A stretch of 60,555 nt of DNA, counting the filler, from Sphacelaria rigidula (lineage: Eukaryota): the NCBI GenBank assembly GCA_964200075.2. It is 4 parts of 4 records of this genome, joined end to end, with 100 filler letters (N's around TTAATTAATTAA, not from the genome) between each part and the next. Parts side by side here need not be neighbours in the genome. Positions count along the whole stretch, not along the records: positions 1 to 15,066 come from CAXNAA020001924.1; 3 more parts are not named here. One strand, written 5' to 3'. The position numbers were made by a program, and so were the translations under genes. The stretch's first letter is position 1. Each line of letters begins with the position of its first letter. Below, in pieces: positions 1-12,800 of the stretch. The notes under the pieces are model-generated. The model saw only the letters and a program-made list of their open reading frames with translations, was not told where the DNA came from and did not search any database.

Positions 1-103
1 TGACTCACTTAAAGCGAATGATCAAAGCCACTCTCAATCGTATCATCTACTCTCAATCTCGCGAAAACACCGTTGGACATGGATTCGGACCAAATCGGGA
101 GCG

Positions 104-200
104 AAAAAGTCGGGGGAGTCACGATCTCGACACTATTTCCCCCGATTTTCCAGGAAAATCGTGGGATATCGTTCCGAGATCGTGACTCCCCCCGATTTTT
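104..200. repeat. Near-perfect ~97-nt palindrome / foldback hairpin
   Basis: Left arm AAAAAGTCGGGGGAGTCACGATCTCGACACTATTTCCCCCGATTTTCC (104-151) pairs with right arm GGAAAATCGTGGGATATCGTTCCGAGATCGTGACTCCCCCCGATTTTT (153-200) around the single base A152, with a few mismatches. Confidence 0.85.
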
Positions 201-213
201 TTGAGGTGACGTA

Positions 214-759
214 CAGTAGTGGGCGGTCTAATTATTCGGCGGGGTTTTGGGGTTTTCCTCGCGTCCCACTCTTCGATAGAACTCGAAATTGCTAGCGTCG
301 GTAGATTTTGGTACAACGAACAGGTGATCCTTGAAACACAGTGCCCTAGTCAGTGGTAGTTGGTTTTATCGGGCGAAACGAGTAAATACCCCGTTCATCA
401 GGATGGTGTTTTTGGCCGTGAAACACAGTTTTTTGGCTTTAGTGCAATGAGTAGGCAGAATCTCAAAAAAATAAAACTGTACACTTTTTTTTAAATATGG
501 TCGGGACAGGCTCGATCGACCGAAGATACCGAAGAGTAAGAATCTGGGCTGAAACGCCGCAGGACCCCCGATGACCGGTCCGCCCGTAAGTCACTCAATA
601 TTGAGATGAAAACATTTTTTTTCCTTGGAATGTGGAGTGGATACAAATATCTTCAGATCCCCAATGTGATGAGCGGTGGCAAGCGAAAAGAGTCCAAGAA
701 AATCGCCAATTACGAATAAATCACAAAATGCCTCGAAATGAATAGACCGCCCACTACTG
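214..759 (+). mobile_element. MITE family A, Tc1/mariner-pogo type, copy 1
   Basis: 17-bp perfect TIR CAGTAGTGGGCGGTCTA / TAGACCGCCCACTACTG, flanked by TA (212-213, 760-761). Non-coding. Full-length inverted homologue at 11194-11743. Confidence 0.9.
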
Positions 760-2101
760 TACGTGCATTGACGCACACTGCCAGAATACGAGGCGTTTGA
801 TATTTTTGCAACGGCAGCAGAAGACAGTCTCGCGACAGCACAGGTCATGCCTACTGCCCGCCGCAGCTGCTGAAGCAACTTCGCACGGGGTTTGACAAGA
901 GGATAATAAGTGCTGGCACCGTGCCCTGCTGCGATGGTAATATTTTATGCTGCGCTGCGCTGTCATATATATCACGATAACGAACGCTACTGTACTCTCC
1001 TAGCTGTTGTCGCTGTCCTTGAGGGGTGATGTACAGCACTCACTGCACTACTGAACTCTGCTCGCGCACTTTGTTCTCTGTTCTATGTTGTCGCAATACC
1101 GACTGTGCCATCATGTACTACCACACGGCATTATCATGTACTGTACTGATGAAGTGTTCTGCACTGTACTCGAAGGGTTGTTTACCGCCTGCCTGCTCTT
1201 CGGCTTCATGCACGAGTACGCAGTGCCACACCCATGCAAAAAATGACCGTCTTTGTACAGAACCGTTCCACAAATTCTGTAATACTGCTGTACTGTCTGT
1301 GCCATAAAAAGTTCATTTTGAGTTCACGAATTTGAGTCCGAAAAAATCGAGATTCGTTTGCCATAACAGTGCGTCTGAGGCCCGTAATATCCCTGAGTGG
1401 GATATCCGACGTGTAGCTGCAAGCACACGCCAGTGATCGAGGCAAAGAAAAGCTCACAAGAAATGGAAAACGGTCAAGTCAACGCGAACGATGAAAGGCC
1501 ACCCTCAATCAGCACTCTACTCTCGATCTCACGAAGACGATGTTATTCATCAAGCACCCAAGCGCTCGTGTTACGAGTGGTGAGAACTGTCTACTTGTCA
1601 GAAAAGTCTTCCGGTCGCGTCTATGGAAATGAAGGAGCATGGCAAGCCTGGCAGTATCCTACACCAAGTCCGAAAATGAACGTGCACAACTCATCAAAGC
1701 ACGCAGTGTAAATATAGCCAAAACAGGTGTAAGCTGCGGAGGAACGTGAGCACCGTACGTCTGGATTGGCAAAAGCTCAAGTGTATGTGATCATGATGCG
1801 ATTGCAGAACGCAGTGCCCTCCGCCTCTTTCATGTAGTTATGCTGGGTTCAGGGGTTATTCGCAAGCAGATCGTGGAGGGCAAAACGCGCACATCGACAA
1901 GCGCGCCCACCGCAACCGACACTTCATTGCAGTAATGCATACGCCACCCAATCAAATCACGTATGCGGCTGCCACACCTATCACTATCTATCGTGGGCCC
2001 GGCGCGACACAGGATCTGTACAATACCACATACTCTCTTCTACAGCAACTAGTGAACACTCAACGCTGGCACCCAGAAACAAGAGCGCTGGGTGGGAGCT
2101 G

Positions 2102-5100
2102 TTATGCTAATTGCTTGCCACTAAACAGTTCTCCGGGATCTAACGACGGGGGTACGCGCGCGTCAATCTCTGACAGTTCGATGTCCTCGCCCGTGTCGAT
2201 ATTTCGCAGCTTGAAAGACGTGTCCGCTCCTTTTTCTTGGGATTTTTCTCCACCACCCAAGGGTACGCGCGGAAGCTCTTCAACTTCACTGACAGCAGCG
2301 CTGCGTGCACCGCTTCTCGAGTCATTGTTATCTCGGAAACGTGCACGCTCTTGTTGTCCGTTGTCCGACGCTGAAACAAAGGATATCGTATGGAACAAAG
2401 AAGATGCACATGCAAAGTCAGGATTGAAGTATGTACGGAATGGGCTACGTTCATGACATGAGCCAACATGCAAATCATGACACGGAAGGCCGGATGGAGT
2501 TCAAATTACGCGGGAATTCTTTCATACTTCGAAGTATTAATATAAACAACAAACCCAAGGCTTTTCACGTGTAAGGCAAGATCCCTCACAACAATCTCCG
2601 AACTAGATGGGAAAAGATGAAAAGCTGAGATGACAATCTCTGAACCGGGAGAAAAAATGCGTGATTCTGCTGAACTATTTGTAAGTTCCTGGATATACGT
2701 GCGCATGTTCTTCACCGTGACATCGAAATACAATGTGAACGTGATCAACGGTAACGGAAGTCGGTGTCCCCGCACTTTCTTCTTCTGTCTGGAAACATTG
2801 CTTCCGGGAGAAGCACATACTGCACCAACAACGGGCATGTTACATGCCAACTCGGTGCAGTGGGTTCACCACGTCCAGTACCGGAATGGGCGTGACTGGC
2901 TCTGCCGCGCTGTTTTCCACACGCATCCATCTTCGAACCCCATAGCAAAAGTGAACAAGAATCCGGAGAGCACAAGTAATAATCTGACGTAGCCACCTTC
3001 AAACCCTTGTCTATGATAAAAACAAGGACAAGTGAACGAGACACGTTTGACATGTTACGTGAAAAGCCTTCCAGCAAGAGGCGGGCGAATTTGGCCGAGC
3101 AATGCTGATCGCGAAGACTAGGACAAACATAGTTCGATGCAGGTCAGAAAATATATGACGTTAACCAATGCGTCTGATTTCGTAAAGAATTGCGGAAGAA
3201 TCTCGCGTACTACATTTCTTTGCAGACGCTGTAGCGCAATAGAACTGACGTGACGATTTCAATACTCCTGTAGGGTATAGACGCAGAGAAAATGTATATG
3301 AGTAACACGCGGAATTCCACGAGGAGCGAAATCGTAGTTTCACCTATTGGCATGCTGATGTGGTGGGTGTCGTCCCGCCCGGGCCTCTGAAAGTCCACTT
3401 CAAGCGTCATTGTCGCCCCAGCACCCGGTGCCTCCATAGCGCCTGTTCCCGTCAATGGGCCATTCAGACCCTTATGCAACGCGATGTTGACGTGCAAGAT
3501 TGGCTCAATCTTCCCCTGAGGCGCAACCACGAGAATACAACAGCAGTATCTGCAATCAAATTTCCGACGGGAAATATGGACCATCCATCACGACAGACTG
3601 CTATTGTTGACTTATCTCACGCTGCGCCTCACTTTATACACCGCGTATGTGCCGTAACTTCCTAGGATAGTGACAACGCCCACCTGCTTACACAGCACGA
3701 ATTGATCCACCCCGACATCTGTGATAACGGCAGACGAATCCAGCCCTGGGATGTCCAGGTCGGGGTCCCAATCTTCCTCCGCCATACGTAAAACGTAGCT
3801 CTCCGTACCCTGACAGTCCACATGCGTTACGGTCAAGATAAGTCTTGGCGTGTAAAAATACTTGTTACTCACGAGTTTCAGGCACGTCATATTGGGTGAT
3901 TCACAAAAGAAGGAGCAAGGAACATGATATACGACAGCCACAACGGCAAAACGTTTCCACAATGTGCTCCCGGCTCCATCCAGCAACGACTCTTGTGCGC
4001 ATACGCCATTGTTATCACGTTCGAAATCATGGTTGCAGCTGGCTATCTACTATACAAAAACAACGCAGTTGGCGGCTCCGAGGATCTAGCTAACAGCTGT
4101 CAGTCAGCGGTCACGACGGCTTTCGGTGCAGACGTTTCACTTGGGTTGACATTATATCGATCAGATTGTTACTAGGTCGCTAGTATTCTTCATGAAATGA
4201 GCTCGTGGCAATCGCAGATATTGTCGGCTGGACATGTACCATGTGTCAGAGAAGTAGCATCGGTTGCCCGCGGTTATCGCTCAAGGGCGTAACTCCTGCC
4301 TATTGGCACCCACCCATTAGATGCAGCTATGCAAAGAGGGCAGGGGCGATCCGTGGGGTGTGCTGGGCGAAAAAACAGAGGGTATCTCGCGATGATCGAG
4401 ATGGCAGACGCGTGTCTCACCTGCGTCAAATCGCTTCCAAGCTCCAGCGATTTGCACTCTGATATTAATGACCCAATTAATTGTTGCGCCTGCAAAATGT
4501 GCAACGAGCAACGGATATTTACACGGCCAACGGAAGAGAAATGTATGAATGAAAGGATGACGAAGATAGGGGCGCTACCCATGAAGCACACAGCGCCACG
4601 GCGGCACCTCCAATAGTTTACGTCACTGTTGGGATCTAACTCACCGTGCATCCGCCTAAACTATGATCAGCGCCACGGTCAATACGCGGATCTCCCATCA
4701 AGCTCTCCCCATCGCTGTGCGTATCATCCCGTTGTCGCGTTGAGGAGGTCTGATTCGTTGAGGGGCCACTGTTTTTCACGGCAGCGAGACCACGAGCTAA
4801 CAGAGATCCTGTCTCTGTTTCTTCAGTGATCTGCGGGAGCTGGAAAAGTCAGGAAACAGATTCCGCCAGAGCGGCGTTTTCACCCAGGGTTGACGGAGGA
4901 CATTTTCGACGAGAAAACATGAGGTAATTGAAGTAAGAGAAGGAGACATTATGCACCCTCATAGCCGCGACTGCAATGGTTGGTACAGCTACTGCACACA
5001 ACCTCTAGACTTGCACACCGAACATACGAACATGTGGGAGAACTACATTGAAGCGAATTTAGTTTGATTCAAATTGCACCGAAAGTGACGGATAATGAGA

Positions 5101-5543
5101 AGAAGACATGTACTAGCACGGCACTTGATTGATGATGCTGCTCATGACGGCATGCATTCACCCACCTCTGGCACGTCCTCTTTCACAATCAAGTCCGCCT
5201 TCCCGACAACTTCCTGCTTGTCCGTCACTACTTCGTCCGCTGCTTCCGCATCCGAATCGTAGCGCACGAGTGGCGAATCCGACGCCGACGTGTCACGAGG
5301 ATTGTATACAGTACGCCACGTCTCTTCCTCGTACGACGAGGACGGTGTGGTATCCATAAGTTCTGACACAAACAACTGCTCGGTTGTCACATCACTATCC
5401 GCGTCTCCACGAGGGCCCCCTACACTTCGCCGCCTCAGGTCGGCGAACTTTATTCGCTCCCCAGTGCTGATCTTTTTCATGGTGGCTATAGTGGTGTAGG
5501 CCGCAAGCTCTTCGTTGGCTAATCCCGCCGCAGAGGTGGAAAC
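2102..5543 (-). CDS. Multi-exon gene of unknown function (5' end not resolved); contains a WDR44-like NxDTGE motif
   Basis: Phase-compatible AG/GT exons 5543-5166, 4839-4645, 4489-4421, 3809-3684, 3515-3344 and 2370-~2102 splice into one open frame (...KKISTGERIKFADL...EEDWDPDLDIPGLD...FKLRNIDTGEDIELSEIDARVP...). The last exon either stops at 2102 or uses a GC donor near 2118. Confidence 0.65.
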
Positions 5544-5700
5544 CTGCAAGGCAACAATGAAGTTTGTTGTCACGTCGAAAGTAGAGAAAATGGAGCGAAC
5601 GCACCAACAACAGCGTCAATGTAACGTCTCGTAGTGCGTGCACAGCATCATATTGCATCTCCAATGTCCACTATGGCGACTTGCAACATCCAGATGTTAC

Positions 5701-5975
5701 AAAAGTGCAGCAGCCAGCAGGTGTCCCCAGCAGTAGCACTTCGGCAACAAAGGAAACGGACGTCTCACTCCATGTACCACCTGCCCCCAGCTTGCGATAG
5801 AACCTCTCGAAGTAACATGCACAGTACCAAATCATGTCCCCAATTATATCGACTCACACATCAAGTAGTTATAAAACAGTGCAGCAGCCAGTATAGATGT
5901 CCGCAGCGTCAGCACTTCAATCTTAGCAACCCAGGAAAAAGACGACATGCCCTGCGCTAGCTGTCCCCAGCTTGC
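5701..5975 (+). repeat. Local imperfect direct duplication (~95 bp, about 175 bp apart)
   Basis: AGTGCAGCAGCCAG...AGCACTTC...CCCCAGCTTGC occurs at ~5701-5796 and ~5876-5975. Confidence 0.6.
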
Positions 5976-6817
5976 TTGTGTTGAAAACTGGTTTCAATCC
6001 TTGTTGCATTTATAATAGTCATTCAATCTAATTCAATGTACAATAGTCACGAAAACAGGTCGGAAAAACCTGGAGGAACGCGGTAAAAACTTGAGGGTAT
6101 AGTAAATCGAAATACTGTTTTGTCTATCGCTACAACGCCACCAGTACTACTACCACTGCTCTGTGCTGTGGTGCACCGTTCTGCTCTGCTCTGCTCTGTA
6201 GTGCAATACTCTACACAGTTCTGCGATGCATACAGAACACGCAATCGATCACACCAGCCCCCCCCCGCCTCCTGGACTTCAATTCGCGTAACTGCTGACA
6301 TGCATTCTTACGCCGTGTCTCGCAGTACGTTCTGATGAAAAAATAAGGGCACTGTACTGTGAAACCAAAGGAGGCGATAATAGAGAGCATTCGAAAGCCT
6401 TGGTGATCCACTGCACAACAACTGGCCTCGATCAAGTACAGCAGTCACACGTGGCAACAACGGAGCAGGGACTTGATTGATAAATGCCCTATTCGCTACA
6501 GAACTGTACCTCCTCGATCCTACCGAAGCGTATCTCAAAAAAAAACTCAATCTCGTCTAGTAGCGGTGATTTTGCTTCTAATTCTGAAGCAAGGCCGTAC
6601 CTTCCTCCTGTCCAGCGTTGTACGGAATAGAAAATCCAGGCCGGTGTCTCGGAAGCCTTTGTATGCCCTTCAGGCTTTCCCGTACCGGATCACACAGAGT
6701 TGGGGAGGCCTAAGCAGCACACGGTCCAATCTATCCGCCCAACAATTGGTCATGCTCCAAAACGTTTGAATCATCGCACTTCTCACAATTCGTGTCACGC
6801 GCAAATACAGGAGAAGG

Positions 6818-9800
6818 ATGGCCGATTTGTTGTTGGAGTCTAGATCGATGCGATATGTGGTGCAGTTCTGCAACAGCTCCTTTGAGCGTTTGGGTGTTCC
6901 TGTGCCGCTCATGGATGCCGAACAACTGTCGGTGGCCATCGTGGCAACACTTTCAACCTTGGCGGGGTACTACGTGTTCTTTGGGAAGAGACATAGACGA
7001 CGACGCCAGAATCTATACGCAGAGCTCAGGGAAGCACAGCTTCAGGTGGCCAGGCTAGAGGAGAAGCTTTTGGAAGCAGAAGGGGAGGAGGATGCTGCCA
7101 CCGACAGGCCAGAAGTCCGTATCTGGATGGATGGAGCTTTTGACATGATGCACTATGGTCATATGAACGCGTTTCGCCAGGGCAAGGCGCTTGGCACTCA
7201 CTTGGTTGTCGGGGTCAACAGCGACGAATCTATCGCTCGCTGCAAGGGCCCCCCCGTCATGAACGACCAGGAACGCCTGACTGCTGTAGAAGGCTGTAAA
7301 TTTGTTGACGAGGTAGTGCCTGGAGTACCCTACGTGATGAGCGAAGAGTACCTGGATTACGTGATCGACAAATATCGCATTGACTTCGTGGTGCACGGCG
7401 ATGATCCTTGTATCGTGGACGGAAAGGATGTTTACGCTTCTGCTAAAGCAAAGGGCAAGTACCGCTCCATCCCGCGAACGGAGGGGGTGTCAACTACAGA
7501 CATTGTCGGGCGGATGTTGTTGCAAAGTAGAAGTCACCATTCGCTCCGTGGCGAAGGACAGGAGATACCTCGGCTGGCCTCATTCGACCGCAGGTGAAAT
7601 CTGTCCCGTAATCGCTACGCAATTTTGAAGGGGGCTGGTGGTGCTTCCAGTCTTCCGTGTGTGTTGCTTGTGTTGTCATCCCATTTATTCTGGACCCCAG
7701 TCTACACCTTCCGGTATATGTGGGCGCATCAGCCGGTGTCACACAGGAGGAACGCCAACACAGGATTTCTTTCTTTTCCATTTTTGTTCTAGTACTCCAC
7801 CTTCCTTCTGCGGTGCTTGCCTTTATTTTTCATCGCGAGAGGGATTCAGCAGTCCCTTTCCCTCGTTGACCATTAGTCGATTTTTTCCTCCGTCAACAAT
7901 GTTTTCGTCCAGTATACCCCCTAAACGATTCAAACCAAATGATCTGCAATCCACTTGTACAGCGTCGGCCCCGTACTTGGAATATATACCCAAGAAACTC
8001 AAAGCTTCTTCTGGGGCAGGCTCAATCAAGATGCAATCTGTGTTCTGACTTTTTTTAATTTCGAGAAATTGCGTTTATTCAGGCTGTCATGACCCTTGAG
8101 CCTTGGACCGCGAGGGCAGGCCATCTGTTGATCCGAGACCACTTTTGCTTGAAAAATTACCGCGTGATTCAGATGACCTACCCTGGCCGCCAAAGGGTTA
8201 ACGATAAACAATAATACTTTTAGGATCAGATATTGAAATTGGGAATTGAGACTGACGGAACAGCTCACGTTTGGCCCAAGTGTGACAACCATTTTACGTT
8301 CTCTTTCGCATTCTCATTTGTATTTTGAAATACAAATGAAAAAGAAGAGAGAGAACGGAGGGATGAACCGATGGGAATATGGAGGGGGGCGTACAACGGT
8401 TGCCACACGTGGGCTGTCAACGCGGGGTTTTACAACTTGAGGATAGGTCCTTTTGAGGACGAGCCTTCGGAACCTTCATGGAGCATCGAAATATTTTCGG
8501 AAGAAGATGCAAATGCCCCATCCAGCCACGATGTGTGGCCTCGCTCATCCTCTAGAAAAAAAACATCCGCAATTATTGAATTGCCGGGATCCTGATGAAT
8601 GCAAACAGTTTCTTTGTACGGAGATGGATGGAGGTCAAAAATTGTTGGCACAAGACCCATAGATGAGGGCAAAAATCATAAGTTGCAACATTTTTCGACC
8701 AATCAGAGCGTTTCGAAACATGAAAATGCGGGGATCTTCCACTGACGGCCTGCTCCAGTCCGCTACGCGTATAGCGCTGGGATCGCGCCTGCGACCTAAA
8801 ATCGGATGAATTCCCTCAGGATCGCGTGCTCACGATCCCCTCCGTGTCCGCTTAAACAGAATGAAGGAAAACAAACAGTCCACCGCAGGGGCGCAGGCCT
8901 TACTTATCATATATCGCACTCCTGCCTGGCCCTGCCATCGAACACCCTCCGCTGCGCCACTTCCTCCGTCGAAAGCATCGGACGGGTGGTCAGAAAGGAT
9001 ATTCGGAGACGAATAAATCTCAACACTGCCGCGGGAAGACCCAGCCCTCGGTAAAACCTCTGTGAGGAAAAACCCGATTCCCAGGAAAAAACCCTCGACA
9101 GTGGCGCCATGCGCCGTACATAACCCAATTTCTCACCACGTACAGGGGGTGGTGGGAGGGCAAATGAAAAGTTCAGAAAACACTCGGGATGCACGAGCTA
9201 CGGCAGCGATTCGAGATGGTGTAACTCGCTGATAGTGGTGATGCCCGTATGCCGTTACTCACACACCTCGAGCTTACTCCCCACCACATCACTGTCGCTA
9301 AGTTGTGCGTGCACTTGCCCTTGTATCTCGGCTGCTTCCTACACACTACGGCTCTGAACTGACTCACGCACACGATCACATCGCATCTGTTCCGAAATGG
9401 CTTCAAGATACTTCAACCGTAATCCAGATCTTGGAAATTCTTATCCTCTTCTGCACAAAAGCTCGATTCTTTTTAAACACAGAATCGAACATTTTCGAAA
9501 CATGGAAATGCGGGGATCTTCCATTGATCACATGAGACTTCTGAGATGCATACTGTATGAGTTGCAAAATGGCTTTGAATTTCGAATTACCCACACGTTG
9601 CGCCGCTGCGAGAGAGACGGCTGCGACCATCAATCGCTGAGGAAACAGCAGTCCGTACTCGTACCGGCTCAGTTTGTTTGCTCCAACCTGCACACACCCG
9701 CCTCATGTGTCTCCCCCGATCACAGCACCCGACTAAAACTGAAGTACCAAAGAATACACAACGAACAGCTGCATAGCCATCACGTGGTCGTTTCAACTGC

Positions 9801-12800
9801 GTATAGACAGCACTTTGGTCCCACTCCAACTCTGTACAGACCGAGACACGGCAGCAGTACAGCAGCACAGATCAAACCGTGTTTGTACAGGGTTCAAACG
9901 CACCACAGCACGGACAACTACAGAATAAAAATGATGGGCGCTGGCACCGCCTTGTTCGTCTTACGGAAGACGAAACCGCCAACTCACTGTACATGACGTT
10001 TTCGACATTCTGTGTAGACAGCACACCGTACTGACCAACATTATTTTCTACAGAGACGAACACAAGAACAATATCGTAGCTCAGGCAATCCCAGCGGAGA
10101 CCGAACCGTCTTCGCAAGGTCCAGACACACCACATTACAGTGACAGTCACAGCACATGAGAAAGGGCGTGTGTCTTCCTGCAGTTCCGTGGAATAGGACA
10201 TGTCCAATATTTTGAATCTTCGCATAATAAAAAACGGGTCCTCAATTTTGACCGGGTGGCGATTTGAACTCCCGGTCATAATCCTACTCCGCGCGAAAAT
10301 AGTTAAATTCACATTGAATTATCCCTGTCTATGGGAGGTGAGCCGGACCGAAAGATATGGCACCCCTTGATTCATGCAAAAAAATGGATGTGCCGATAAC
10401 CCCTGTGACTGCCACTTGTCGTTTGCTGGTCCTGTTGTCATCGCCCGCATACGAGCTGGGCCAGCCAACAATGGGTGGTTTTCCCGCTCAGGCGACTCAC
10501 GGCGCGATATTAGGAGGTGGACGCTGAAGTTTTGACAGCAGCCTTATATGATCGACATGCAAAACATGACGTGAGCAGCAGAGAAGAAATGAAGAAAAAA
10601 ACAGGAAGTTATGGGTATTTGAAATTTCAGCAAAAACAAGACAATGTCATAAGTCCAGCAAAAAAATGAGAATCTGCAGCTGCTCACGGGACGTATCATT
10701 CCCTTGGGTGCAGGAGGTCTTCGTGAAATTTCAGCTCAAGAGTCGTCGAATTGGGCCGTGCGTGCAACGTTTTGCGTGACGCTGCTGCACCCCACTAATA
10801 CCCAGTGAGGGGTGTTTGCTGACGTCAACCCACCGCATTAAAAAAAAAAACACTCCGACAAGCTATCGCCCAACGATATTAGGCGCACCCCGTACTCTAT
10901 GCAGTACAATAACGTCATCGGCAATACGATGCCAATCGAACAGCGACGCAGTCCTTTGTCATCAGGTGGGTCTGCAGTTCACAGTGATATGCTCACATCG
11001 GGTTCATTCGGGAAACTAGGGAAGCTGTGGTGTGAGCAACTTTTAGCCGCTTTTAAGCTGGCCCAGCTCGTACGAAAAGAGAGAGCAACTTGGTAAGAAG
11101 ATGGTGACAATCCAGGTGGTCAGGCGTCACCACCTGAGAATCTCGTGTACTGGCGTTGGCATTAGTTTCGCTCATTGAAAGAAATATTATACACAGTAGT
11201 GGACAGTCTAACTAATCATTTTGTGGCATTTTGTGAATTTTTCGTAATTGGCGATTTTCTTGGGCTTTTTTCGCTCTCCACAGCTCATGACATCGGGTAT
11301 CTGCAGAAGTTTTTACCCACTCCACATTTCAAGGAAAGAAAAATCTGAACTCAATACTGGGTGAGTTACGGGCTGACCGGTTATCAGGGGTCCTGTCACG
11401 TTTCAGCCCAGATTCTCACTCTTCGGTATTGTCGGTCAATCAATCCTGTCCCGATCATATTTGTGATGAAATGTACAGTTTTATTTTTCCGAAATTCTAC
11501 CTTCTCATTGCGCTAGAGCCGAAAAACTGTGTTCCACGGTCAATAACACCCTCCTGATAAATGGGGGTATTCACTCGTATCGCCTGATGAAACCAATTAA
11601 CACTGACTCGGGCACTGTGTTTCGAAACTGATCTATTTATTGTACCAAAATCTACCGACGCTAGCAATTTCGAGTTCTTTCGAAGAGTAGTACGCGAGGA
11701 AAACCCCCAAAACACCTCTGAATAGTTAGACCGCCCACTGCGGTATAGCAACCGTCGGTCCTACGCATGTACCAAAACAGTTCTGACGGTGAGATGCAGT
11801 GGGCCGCCAAGCTACATGCATGAGCTGATCGAGTTTTTTTTGTCCAACGTGCATTTTGCACTAGTTTTCCATAGTAGGATAATCTTACTGATGCACACAT
11901 ATATGCCGTGTGCCCCGGAATCGGTCTTGGTTGACCACTAGTAGATATTTTGGTGGAGACAGCGCACTCGGTGATTCTCAATAACTCCTTGCCGTAGAAA
12001 ATATTCAACTCAAGGATGACGTCGAAGGGGTCTTAGCCCCAGGCGAACCCTCGCAACCTACATCCTACTCGTACAGCGCTTGGATGGCATGGGGTTGTGG
12101 GTAACGGTGTTGTATTGAGAGTGGGAGTGCTGAACTGTGTTGCCAATTTCCACCATTTTATTGGCAAAACCGCCCTGGTTCGGTCATGATACAGTACCGA
12201 TTTAAGACATAATTTCGTGTGGTCGTACGCAACAAACGCCCGCTGACACCAGTTCTCGAATTTGATTTCAAAAGCGGCACTTTGTGATATGCTGAAGCCC
12301 CCCCCTCCCGCCCTCACCCTTTTGCTTTGAATTCGGATGAAGACAATATGAGCAAAAAAACCTGGGCGTCACTGTGCCCTACACTTTGAGGTCACTTGGA
12401 GGGCAGAAGTGGCCTTCTGGTGGTGCTGCGTTGAAGATTGATTGACTTTAAGTCATGCTCCAGGGATCTAGCCGTGGTCACATCATTGCACCGATTCAGT
12501 TGTACTGCACTCTCCTGTTCCTATGATGGTTATGAAATGGTGAATAAACTATCCCACTGCAGGCTTCTCCACATGTATCCACTTGTGCTGGAACATTGAT
12601 GTAGTCTGATCAGTAATGCGTTTCTGCGCTTACGGACGGATTTTTTCGGCTCGCCTGGCGGCAGGCACTCCCCTCCTCCAAAAGTAAAAGTACCCTCAAG
12701 CTGTTCACCGGTCACCCAGGGGGCTGGCTGTTCGCGAGAAACCTTGTTCCGGTAGGAGAGAGCAGACCTGCTAGTCACATTATTCAGTCGTAGTTTGTTG

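Noticed and set aside
1935..2456. 173-aa plus-strand ORF (likewise 13267-13911 minus, 48507-49024 plus)
   Set aside because: Antisense shadows of real exons.
10250..10278. B-box-containing hairpin GACCGGG...CCCGGTC as an RNA gene
   Set aside because: No convincing A box or cloverleaf, and a single occurrence in the window.
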